DNA from: Trichodelitschia bisporula
Taxonomy: Eukaryota
Direction of reading: 5' to 3'
Length of the DNA stretch: 37,456 nucleotides
Assembly: GCA_010356995.1 (NCBI GenBank)
Contig: ML996710.1
Location: forward strand, 216,455-253,910
The translations under genes were made by a program, and so were the position numbers. Shown here in pieces: positions 21,376-32,100 of the stretch. Under the pieces are notes generated by a model. The model was not told the origin of the DNA and searched no databases. It was given only the letters and a program-made list of their open reading frames with translations. The first letter of the stretch is position 1; each line of letters begins with the position of its first letter.

Positions 21376-22318
21376 CTAGACAGTCTGAGGAAAGAATTCC
21401 TCCTCATCGCTCAAAGCCCTGAATGCGGGGGAAAGCTCATCCCCACATCCCATATTCGGATTCCGTTTTTTCGGCGGTAGGAGTGGCTCACCTGGTTTAG
21501 GCAGATCCTCATAGTCCCGCTCGTTCCGGAAACATTCACACATGTACTTACCTATCCATTCTTCGCCGAGCTTGAAAGGTCACGACCTTACCGTTTTGAT
21601 GGCGTTCTCGAGCTCCTGTACTTCCTTTGAGGAGAGGGGAGCGTCGTTGGGCACAATTTCATCGAAGAGCCCTTCGTAGCTCGTGTCGAAGAGACTCTCG
21701 ACAAAGGCGCTACAAAGGGATGACACGACTATTATACGCAGCTTCGGCTCCCGAGAGGCAATACGTACCAGAGCGGTACATGCAGTCGCGAGAGAGGGAC
21801 AGTCCAAGTGTAAGGAGGCATGTTAGCAGTCTTAAGCCGATCCTGGTCTTTTGGTGGGAGGGGAATGGTTTCGTCAAGGGAGGTTCCGGTCCAGGATAGA
21901 GGCGCAAAGACGAGGCGGCGGGCCGCGAGGTGTATAAGTGTGTTGGCCCGCTTTTCTAGTGGGAAGCGAATAGCCTGGGTACAGTACTCGATCGCTGCAC
22001 CTTTACGCATATTTGTTTCGTTGCCGTGGGTTGGAAAGAGTCCGGTTAGAGATGCGAGCTCGGGGATACGCTGGAGTTCTGTGTCTGGAACTAGAAAGTA
22101 GCGATTCTGTCTAGGGTTAAAGGGCGAAAGATAGGTACTGACGATAGGCATTCAGAACGTACGCCGAAGTCGACGAGATCGTAGTTGAAGCGTCGAAGCA
22201 GCGTAACCTTCCACTCGACAATGGTAATGCCTTCTTCGCCGAGGCGATCGAGAAGCTGGACTACACGCGGGTCGAAGGTCTTCTCGGCCCAAAGTTGCTT
22301 GATGACGTTCAGAACCAT
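21376..22318 (-). pseudogene. Fungal hypothetical gene (possibly nucleotidyltransferase-fold-like) with frameshift and premature stop; intron 22107-22162
   Basis: MVLNVIKQ...LDRLGEEGITIVEWKVTLLRRFNYDLVDFG|NRYFLVPD...LVFAPLSWTG...WTVPL, then a CT-slippage shift near 21795 into ATACTALVRIASRE...LFDTSYEG...ELENAIKTVRS. After the TGA at 21580-21582 the frame continues as PFKLGEEWIG...DYEDLP to TAG at 21376. Confidence 0.65.
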
Positions 22319-22899
22319 GGCTTGTTCACGATGGATCAAATCGGTCAGGTTTCTGTCAAAGTTCAAGGCTGGAGGACAAGTTGCCGATCGATATTGACAA
22401 ATAGAGGCGAGGTCGGCACAGGTAGTATAGAGGTAAGCTCGGTGCAGATGGTATAAAGGTGAATGTTGTACTAGGAGTAGGCAGTCAATAGGTGGGCATT
22501 AGTTCACCTTCTCGGACTATTTAAGGTTCGGAAATCTGTGCATGACGTACTCTCAAGACCGGTCTAAAGAGCGCATAGATCAAGGGAGAGCAAAAAGAAT
22601 TGGATGTTGTCGTCTTCACTTCAAAGCGATGCAGCGACAAGCAAGGCCTTATTGTATTAGTGCCTGCGTCGGCGTCCGCAGCAAGTAGCACGCAATGTGA
22701 CCGAGTGGGCGCAATGCGCCATTCCTCGTACGTGCGACCACTTCCCCATGTCCAATTCCCCTCTTTTTGACGGGGAAGCGTACTCCAGTGAATGGTCCCT
22801 TGGTCCATGTTTAACTGCAGCCCCAGCCACCACCGCTCCGTTCCTCTTTTCTTCCGGCAAGGAAAAGATATACCCAAAAAGTATCGGCAAAAAGAATGT

Positions 22900-22998
22900 T
22901 GACAAGGACGAGATTCGAACTCGTGCTCATTTCTGAATCAGGAAGCGGTGTTAAGCTGGACCTTAACCTGACGCCTTAACCAACTCGGCCACCTTGCC
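22900..22998 (-). tRNA. tRNA-Leu (AAG) with 17-nt intron (22944-22960)
   Basis: Reverse complement: GGCAAGG TG GCCGAGTTGGTTAAGGC G TCAGG TTAAGG [intron] T CCTGA TTCAGAAATGAG C ACGAG TTCGAAT CTCGT CCTTGTC A. It has a long variable arm and a T5 terminator at 22889-22893. Confidence 0.95.
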
Positions 22999-23613
22999 AT
23001 TGAATAAGATGTTAAACCCCCAAATTGATTATAAGCCAAAAGCTTTGGTCAATCTCAGTTCCTCGCCAGCCCTTCCCCACATTCCGCACTCAGCTGGAAT
23101 AATAACTCTCGACTCTACCATGCCAGCGGAGGGACGCACTTAAGTCTCATGAACCTCCCGACAGCTCCCCAACGAATCTACGCCTCACCGGAAGGATCAT
23201 TACCATTCGGGCCGATTAGAACTAGTTTCGTAGTCCCCGAGTCCCCGGCCGAGGGGAGTTAAGGCCACCCGCCCGAACGCACGCTCTCTTAGCCTAAGGC
23301 TGTGGCAAGCTCAGCCTCTCCACAATCTCCACGTCCTCTGGCTGTGCCTCCCATTCTGCCTTGCTAACTTGAGATGTGATGGCATGAGGGCCCATGCTAG
23401 TCTTCTCTAGCTCGTTTGGCATCAAGTCTAACGAAGCACCCCGCCCCGATGGCCTGCGAAGTCAAGGCGTATGCTTGTTGTGGGCTTAACGAAAGCTGTT
23501 CCGTGAGACATGTATAAGTTGATGATGGGCCGGCGACGTCGGACGGCATCGACTCAGCAACTGTGACTTCATCCCTACCAGCCTTCCATTCCCACCATCA
23601 AACGCCCGTCATC

Positions 23614-24678
23614 ATGTCGAGTACAACGAGCTCGGAGCCGTCCCACACGGTAGACTTCTCCGTCAAGTGCGTCACCGCAACCCCCGGCAAATACGGCAAC
23701 GTGCCCATCGACGCCTGCAACTCCTACTACAACTTCGACCCGCAGTACGTGCCAGCCCTGGCCGTTGCAGTCATCTTCGGCATCCTCACCATCGCTCACA
23801 TCGCCTGGGCCGCCGTGTACAAAAAGGTACGCCCATCCACCTTCTCCGCCACTTAGCTAACCTTAACCCCCCGTCAGTGGTACTGCTGGGTCCTAATAAT
23901 GGGCGCCCTCTGGGAAACCCTCGCCTTCACAACCCACGCCCTCGGCGCCCACAACCAGCAATCCATCGCCTACGCCACAGCCCACAGCCTCCTCTACCTC
24001 CTCGCCCCGCTCTGGATCAACGCCTTCGCCTACATGACCTTCGCCCGCCTCGTCTATTTCTACCTCCCCTCACAGGCCCTCGCCGGGGGGCGCATCCACG
24101 CAACCAGCCTCGCCAAGTACTTCGTCATCGCCGACGTCCTCAGCTTCATCATCCAAGCCGCCGGCGGCGTCATGGCGTCGCCCGGTGCGGATCCCAGCAC
24201 CATCAAGACGGGGATTAACATCTACATGGCCGGCATCGGCGTGCAGGAGGCCTTTGTGCTGTGCTTCGTAGCGCTGATGGTCGTGTTCCACCGCGCGGCG
24301 CTGCGGCTCGAGCGCGAGGGCGGGGCGCTGGGACAGGAGAGACGCTGGCGCGCGCTGCTGTTTGCGCTGTACGCTGTGCTGGCGATGATTACGGTGCGCA
24401 TTGCGTATCGCATTGCAGAGTACGGCGGCGGGATGAAGCCTTCCAATCCGATCCCGTTTCATGAGGCGTATGCCTATGCGCTGGATGCGGCGCCGATGAT
24501 GGTTGCGATTTTAATCTTGGCGGTTGTGCATCCGGGAAGGACGCTGGTGGGGCCGGAGAGCGAGTTCCCGCGCTTGTCGTGGAAGGAAAAGAAGGTGATT
24601 AAGTTGGAAAGGAAGGCGGTGAGGAAGGAGGCGAAGAGGGTGAAGAGGGAGGGGAGTGGGTATTATGAGGAAGTTTAG
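23614..24678 (+). CDS. RTA1-family (Rta1/Rsb1-like lipid-translocating exporter) membrane protein; exons 23614-23826 and 23878-24678
   Basis: YYNFDPQYVPALAVAVIF...WVLIMGALWE...LLAPLWINAFAYMTFARLV...FVIADVLSFIIQAAGG...VRIAYRIAEY...HEAYAYALDAAPM...HPG are RTA1 hallmarks. The 51-nt intron is canonical. Confidence 0.92.
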
Positions 24679-25432
24679 AGGGATTGATTGTGGGACGGAT
24701 GGCTTGCCTCTGGGTTTGGTGTGTATATGGCTTGGGGTTGCTGGGGATGCTGCTGTTTATTGTTTAGTGAGCATAGGTGGCGGGGACTGGGAGGCGTATG
24801 GGGTGCATAGAACGGCGGCTCGATTTAGTGGGAGTTCCGGGTCCATTAGGGTAGTATAGGCATTTGGTGCGGAAATTGAAGACTATGTGAAGGGCAGCAG
24901 TTGCGATGCTTTGATGACATGCATATGGGTGTAAGGACTTTCCGAAGCCCGAGATGTGCGATCAGAGGCGGGGAGGTTCAGGCAGCACTCAGGCCTGCAA
25001 GACACAAGACGCGACGGGCTTGACCTCACACCATCGCCGAGCATTCCACCTCACGGTGTCCTTTGACATGGCATGAGATATGCGAAAACGAATGTTCCTA
25101 GCGTCGTGATACTGAAGCGGAGATAACAGCGTTGATGCTGCGATAGAGCAGTGCTTGACGGTGGAGCTAATCGAGCATAGATTACCCTCCATGACTCCTG
25201 CTCTGCCTCATTGATACCGAATACCACCGGACTTGCAAGGAGCGAAAATGGCAGAGTGCGGCACTGCAGCTTCGTCCACAGTAAGTCCGCAGCAGGCATC
25301 CAACGACCTGCGGCACTAACTCCCTCCGCTCCTCATCCGCAAACCGCGCGCCCCCGGACATAGCGCCGCCCAGCCGGACAAAACCACACGCTTAAGTACC
25401 GCCGCCGCTCCACCACCGCATAAAAAGATGCC

Positions 25433-26569
25433 ATGCCTTCCCCGTCCAGCATCATCATTCTCACCTCCATCCTCACCGCCCTCATCTCACTCTTCCTCGC
25501 TCTCCGTCCCCTCTACACCGAAACCGAAACCATGACGTCTCTCCAGCAGATCCGCGCCCAGCTCCCCGACATCCAGCGTCTCGGCCCGGGGCTAGTCGGC
25601 GTCTTCGGTAGGCTCATATCAGTCCCGCAAACCCCTTACAGTAACTAACATCCCCAGTCGGAGCCACAGGCGGCATCTGCGAGCACACTGCCCGCGAATT
25701 CGCCCGCCACGCCGCCTCGCCCCGCATCTACATCATCGGCCGCAACGCCACCGCCGGCACCGCCCTCGTCTCCGAATTCCAAACCCTGAACTCCGGCGCC
25801 TCAGTCCAATTCATACAAAGCGACGTCTCGCTCCTGCGCAACGTTGATGCCGTGTGCGCGGAAATCAGCGCCAAGGAGTCGAAGATCAACCTCCTGATGC
25901 TGAGCGCGGGGATCATGACGTTGTCGCGCGACGGTGGGTAGTCTGCGTTTATGAGCTGCGCCTTTTGCTAATAGGGTAGAAACGACGGAGGGCATTGATC
26001 GCAAACTGGCGCTGCATTATTACTCCCGTGTCCGCTTCACGCAGAACTTACTCCCGCTCTTGCGCGCGGCGACGGATTCCCCGCTCGCGCGCATCGTGTC
26101 CGTACTCGGCGGGGGATATGAATGGGCCGCCTCGCGCATCGACCCGAATAACCTAGACCTCAAGACGGGGTACGGCGTGTCCGCGGCCGCGGGCTACGCA
26201 ACCACGATGCAGACGCTGGCATGGTGGCACCTCGCCGCCGACCCCGCGAACAAAGGCATCTCGTTCTTACATCTGCAGCCTGGGGGTGTGAATACGGGAC
26301 TGGCGAAGAAGTCGTTCGGCCCGGTTGTGGGGGGTATTTTGAATGGGTTGTTTACGCTTATACCGAGTAAGTATGCGTCGACGCCGGAGGTGGCAGGGGA
26401 GAGGACGGCGTTTGTGGCGGCGTTGGCGAAGGTTGGTGATGGGGCGCGTTTGGTGGCGCGGGACGGAGCGGAGACGGGAGACGCGAAGGTGCTGAAGGGA
26501 CTGAAGGAGGCGGGGCTTGAGGAGAAGGTGTGGGCGCATACGGAGGAGGTGTTTAAGGGGATTGAGTGA
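25433..26569 (+). CDS. Short-chain dehydrogenase/reductase; exons 25433 (or 25532)-25607, 25658-25933 and 25980-26569
   Basis: The spliced product reads VGVFVGATGGICEHTAREFA...IYIIGRN...FIQSDVSLLRNVDAVC...INLLMLSAG...ETTEGIDRKLALHYYSRVRFTQNLLPLL...HLQPGGVNTGL. Both introns are canonical. The start codon is ambiguous. Confidence 0.88.
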
Positions 26570-27352
26570 GGGAGGAGATAGGGATGGTTGGGGTTGATGG
26601 TGGTATGGTGGTTTATGTTGGCGTGCGCAATACCCGATTCGCTTTTTGCTTTGGTGTTCTGTTCCTCAGATATGATCGAGAGAGACGGAGCTTTGATGTA
26701 TTACGATCTGGAACTTTTCGGGCTGATTTGATGCTGGACAGGTAATGACTGGAGTATGGACGGGTTGGTGGAGCGTCGGGTGTATATACAATTTTCCATA
26801 TCCCTTGCTGCTCGCTGTTAATAGAATGTCGCTGACTTTCCCGAGAACTATCCCTTCAGCTGTAGGTCGGGCGGTACTTGCAAAAGCCCCAGCTCTTCAA
26901 CTCAACAGAAGTGGAAGCGACACGATGTAACAACGTCTCTTCTGCTCCCTAAGAGTATCACGAACCACACCTTTAACCCCACTACCCCTCGCCCCCGCAA
27001 AGCCCACCCGATCCCACTCTCCCACCGCCAACCCTCACCAATTTAAACTCTCCATCATCATCCCACCTCCCCGGGCTCCACATGCAACCTCCTCCCCCCC
27101 CCCACCACGCCATCTCCTACGGTAGGTAAACCCCGCCCAATCCCCAGCATCACATGCAGCCCCTCGCCTACCCCCCCCCGCATATCCTTAGCCCAGCGCC
27201 GTCGCACACGCAGGAGCGATAAGCACACCCCAGCCACCCAAAAAAGTCCTGACCGCCCATCCCATGTACTTTCCATGTTTTCCTCGGCAAAAACAAGAGG
27301 CCCAGTGGCTTGGACTTTTTTGCATAGCACATGCACCCTCGTCGAAAGGCCT

Positions 27353-27394
27353 GCAGCGAGGCGCCGCTAGCCCCGCAGCGAGGCGCCGCTAGCC
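27353..27394. repeat. Perfect 20-bp direct repeat in the P450 promoter
   Basis: GCAGCGAGGCGCCGCTAGCC at 27353-27372 and 27375-27394. Confidence 0.85.
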
Positions 27395-27559
27395 TCGCGC
27401 CCCGCGCGGGCGGGTTCCCCTCCGAATTAACCGTCCCGCTAGGGTGAACTCCCCGCCGCCGCGGGAGGCCTATTTTAGCGAGCGGGGCCCCGCGCGCTAT
27501 CGTGTCCCCCAGTACCGTCCATCATCCAGCCTCGCTTTCCTCGGCTCCCTTTGGTCGCC

Positions 27560-29110
27560 ATGGCCCTCCTCACCCTCTCCTGGACACACATCGGCCTCGG
27601 CCTCGCAGCGCTCATCATCGCAACACTAGCCCGCGCCGTTTACCGCCTTACCCTCCATCCGCTCGCCAAGTTCCCAGGCCCAAAACTCGCAGCTGTGAGC
27701 TACAAATACGAATTCTTCTACGACGGCATCCGCCCGGGCACATACAACTCCCACATCGCCCTCCTCCACGCCACCTACGGGCCCGTGGTGCGCATCAACC
27801 CCTCGGAGCTACACATCTCCGACCCGCGCTTCATCGACACGCTCTACGCGGTCGGCGGGCGCCGGCGGGACAAAAGCGCCTACTTCCTCAATGCCTTCGG
27901 CTCCATCGCCGCGATGAGCGGCTTCGCGACGCCCGGGCACGAACACCATCGCCTCAGGCGCGCGCCGCTGAATCGTTTCTTCAGCAGGGCGAGTATTGCG
28001 CGCTTGGAGCCGCTGGTGCATGAACTCGCGCAACGACTTTGCGACCGATTGTTAGCGTGGGAGGGCCGGGGGAGTTTTGACGTCGCCATGGCGTATTCGT
28101 GCTACACCACCGACGTGATTACCGCGTACTGCTTCGGCCAAGCGCACGGATTTTTGGACCGGGAAGGGGGGGGGTGGGAACCGAATCTACGGCCTGCGAT
28201 TCATGCGGGTTGTCGCACGTTGCCGGTTATGCGGCAGTGGCCGTGGATATTCAGCATCATCAATTCGCTCCCCGATGCGCTGGCCAAAGCCATGGATCCG
28301 GATCTAGCGATTTGGATCGACCACCTCAACGCCCTGACTGCGCATATCGGGACTATCAAGGCACGGTTCGACAAAGGTGGCAAGGCGGATCTCCCGGAGA
28401 GCGTGTTCGTGGAATTACTCCAGTCCGATCTGCCGGACGCTGAGAAAACGGTTCCGAGGCTGGGGGCTGAGGCGAGCAGTCTCATTTCCGCGGGGACGGA
28501 GACGACGGCGTGGACGCTGAGTGTGCTTACGTTTCACCTGCTTGATAAACCGGCGATGCTGGAGCGGTTGACGGGGGAGTTGGACAGGGCGGCGCCGGAT
28601 CCCAAGCGTTTACCGCCGTGGGCAAGTCTCGAGCGGTTACCTTTCCTGTCGGCGTGTATCCTGGAGGCTTTGCGGCTGAGCTACGGCGTTGCGACGCGGT
28701 TGGCGCGGGTTGCGCCGGATGAGGACTTGGTGTATGAGGGGAAGGGCGTGCGGTACGTGATCCCGCGGGGCACGGCGGTGAGCATGGCGAACCCGCTTAT
28801 TCATCACAACGAGGAGATTTTCCCTGAGCCGTTGGAGTTTGTGCCGGAGCGGTGGTTGGATGGGAAGGGGGGGAGGAGACGGGATTTGGAAGGTTACTTG
28901 TTGAGTTTTAGTAAGGGGTCCAGGCAGTGCCTGGGGATGAATTTGGCGTATGCGGAGTTGTATGTTGGGGCGGCGGCGGTGGTGCTCAGGGTGTTGCCGC
29001 GGATGGAGCTGGTCGAGACGACGGTTAGGGATGTGCGGTATCATCATGAGGTGTTTATTCCGGCGGTTGATCCTGAGAGTAAAGGGGTGAGGGTTGCGAT
29101 CAAGGCGTAA
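27560..29110 (+). CDS. Cytochrome P450 monooxygenase (trichodiene oxygenase/CYP58-clan-like), intronless
   Basis: N-terminal TM anchor, HPLAKFPGPKLAA, YGPVVRINPSELHISDP, I-helix AGTETT, EALR (ExxR), PERW and heme motif FSKGSRQCLG. Confidence 0.96.
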   Translation: MALLTLSWTHIGLGLAALIIATLARAVYRLTLHPLAKFPGPKLAAVSYKYEFFYDGIRPGTYNSHIALLHATYGPVVRINPSELHISDPRFIDTLYAVGGRRRDKSAYFLNAFGSIAAMSGFATPGHEHHRLRRAPLNRFFSRASIARLEPLVHELAQRLCDRLLAWEGRGSFDVAMAYSCYTTDVITAYCFGQAHGFLDREGGGWEPNLRPAIHAGCRTLPVMRQWPWIFSIINSLPDALAKAMDPDLAIWIDHLNALTAHIGTIKARFDKGGKADLPESVFVELLQSDLPDAEKTVPRLGAEASSLISAGTETTAWTLSVLTFHLLDKPAMLERLTGELDRAAPDPKRLPPWASLERLPFLSACILEALRLSYGVATRLARVAPDEDLVYEGKGVRYVIPRGTAVSMANPLIHHNEEIFPEPLEFVPERWLDGKGGRRRDLEGYLLSFSKGSRQCLGMNLAYAELYVGAAAVVLRVLPRMELVETTVRDVRYHHEVFIPAVDPESKGVRVAIKA

Positions 29111-29169
29111 TACACGGCGGAGGGTGTGAGAATCAAGGAGACTATTACTGTATCTAAAGCACTGCCAAC

Positions 29170-32100
29170 CTACCTACCAGCCAGGTTGTGATCAATTTCC
29201 CTCTGATCCCTGTGCGCCCACCAGATTATATCCCGACCGCTCGCCCACTCTAGATTCAGATCCCTATCCCTATCGCCACCATTACCATGCCGCCCCTCCA
29301 CGCACCCGAGCACATGCCCCGCACACTTCGTCTTTGTCCACAACCACTCCCCATTCACCAGCCCCTTGGTCCAATGCTTCGGCAACCGTTCCTCCCCAAC
29401 CAGCGCCCCAAGCACACCCCCCGCAAACGCAGCATTCGTATCCGCTTCCCCGCCACACATCACAATCTCCGAGATATACTTCTCAAACACCATCCCCCTC
29501 ATCCGCTCCCTCATCCCGCCCGAAAACTGGCCCAAATCGGCAAGTGCCTTCTTCGCCGCCACGATCCCGGCCCCGAGGGTCTTGAGCACATACCTCATGC
29601 TCGCACTCTGATCCAGCAGCAATTGCCGAAATTCCGTCGCCCGGGCCACGGTCTCAATCTCCACCCAATCGACCCCGAGGTGAATCGCATTTTCCCTCTT
29701 CGGGGCTGCCGCGTTCCCGCCACAGCGCACCCAGTTCGGCCACCACGCCTTCACCTGGCGCACCAGCAGCTCGATATCCTCCGCCGTGCGAATACTCGCG
29801 TTCGCTAGGCCTTTCATCAAACCCCCGGCAATCGCGCAAGCAACGATACATCGCGGGTCCGCGTGGGTAACCGCGCTATACCTCGCCTGCCACATGAAAA
29901 CATCGTTCAACTCCATATCCAACGTCAACGCCGCCAGCGCCGGGCTGCGCACCAAACTCCCATTCGCCGCCGCATTCTTCCCGGTGCGCAACCAATACGC
30001 AAACGCGCGTTCCGTGGGCTGCTCATAATACTCCCCCGGCCTCACAATCGCACTCGTCATCACCCCTATATCCGCCAGCGGCGTCGCAAGGATAGCCAAG
30101 CCCTGCTTACCCCAGTAATGCAACCACTTCGCAAACGCTTTCTCATCCAACCCACGCGCGAGGAAGGCCAGCAGGATGCAGATCCCGTTCTCGGTGTTGT
30201 CCGTCCAGCGGCCCGGGGGGACGACGGGGCGGGAGTGGCTCTTCGTCGGGACGTACCGCGTGGGCTTGGGGTGGAGGTAGAACTCCCCATTGTATGCGCC
30301 CCTGCACTCGGCTGCGGTTTTCCACTCTGTGTACACGCCGATGGCGTCGCCTAGCGCCATGCCGAGCATTGCGCCGCCCATGCGTGAGGAGAGGTGGGCG
30401 GCCATTTCGGAGGAGAGAGGGGCGGAGGGACGGCGTTCTGACGGTGCACCGCCGTGCAGCTTGGAGGCTGAGGACGGGTCGGTGCTCGTCCCGCGGCGGA
30501 TGGGGTCATGGGATGGCGGGGAGGGGAGATCCGAAAGCGCGCTGTCGGTGTCGGTGTCGCTGTTGTCCGCTGATTGCGGCTGCGGAGCGAAGCGCACGGC
30601 CTGAGTACTAGCCGCGGCGGCGGCCTCGAGGGTCATGACTCTGTCCTCGAGTGCGTTGATGTAGCTGGTAGCCCATGGTGAGATGGGGTGCGAGCGGCGG
30701 GTGGGGGAGTAGGCTGGAGAGAGGGGTTCGTACGGCGGGGCGGTGGCGCTGTAGCCCGGAGAGGAGGGTTGGACGCGTTTGGGCCGCGGAAAGGTGCCTC
30801 TGTAGCCGGGATCGGTGATGGCCAAGGGGTAGTGCAGCGAGCGGGTAGGGCGTGCCGGATCGTATGCGGGAGAGCTGGGGTAGAATTGGGGCAACGCCCT
30901 GATGGGGCTGGTTGGGTCGAAGGCGGGAGAGGTAGGAAGGACGGGGCTGTACTGCCAGATGGGAGGGACGGTGGGTGTGTAGACGGGATGTTGGCCGCGG
31001 CTGCGCTGCAAGATGGTAGGGTTGGTCGGAGCGTAAGCGGGAGAGGTATGGTTGTATTCAGGCGACAACCTGGTGGGACTAGTGGGGTCGCAGCCGGGAG
31101 AAATAGGGTTGTAATGGGGCGACGACTTGGTGGGGCTCTTGGGGCCATAGTCGGGAGAGGTGGGCCGGGAGGGCTGGGGCGATTCGTCGATCTCCATCTC
31201 CACGGGCAAGGACCGAGGTGGGCCAATGACACCAGGCCGCCTGGTTCGCTGACCCGTCTCAGTTCCAGCATCCTTCGTCCCGGGCTCAACTTTGACCCTC
31301 TTCTTGCTCCCCCCCTTCTTCGTCGTCGCCTTCCTCTTCCTCCCCGGGCTGACCTCCTCCTCGACCTCCTCCGCAGAACTGGGCTTGAAACTCGGATCAG
31401 GCGCCTTCTTGCGCGTCGTCTTCTTCTTCGGCTTCAGCTCCGGTGTCTCGGGCGTGGGCGGTGCGTCGCTCAGCTCGCTGTCGTCGTCGGTGCTGGGTTC
31501 GGGAGCGGGGCGGAAGATCGGATCGGGCTTTTTAGTGCGGGCGGGACGGCCCGTGGTACGTGGCCGCGGGGGCTTGGCGGGGGCAGCCTTGGGTGCAGCC
31601 TTGGGCTCCTTAGGCGGCTTTGGCTCCTTTAGCGGCCTTGGCTCCTTAGCCTTCGGAGGAGCCTTGACTTTATCCGCAGCTTTCCCCTTCCCCTTCCCCT
31701 TCTTAACCGGCGGCTCGTACTCATCCTCCTCATCCTTCACCAGCTCCGGCGAGGTGAGAGGGGAGTCCGGGTCCGGCGGCGGGGCTGCTTTGACGGGAGG
31801 CGCGGGGCGACGTGCGCTCCTGCGGACGGGGGCGGAGTCAGACGTCACGGCCTCACATTTCTTGCCAACGATTGTGGGGATGACCTTGGATGGTTTAGAC
31901 TCCGGTCCCGCCGGGGCCTCCGCGTCGAGGGTCGGCCCTGTCTTCGTGCTGTGCGTGGGGCGACTAGCACTCTTGTGGATGGGGCTGGCGGGCTTGGCTT
32001 CAGATTTCTTGCGAACGGACTTGGGCATGGCATTGGATGACTCGGGTTCAGCTTTCGCGTCGGACTCCGCGTCGAGGGTTGGACCTGTCTTCGTGCTGTA

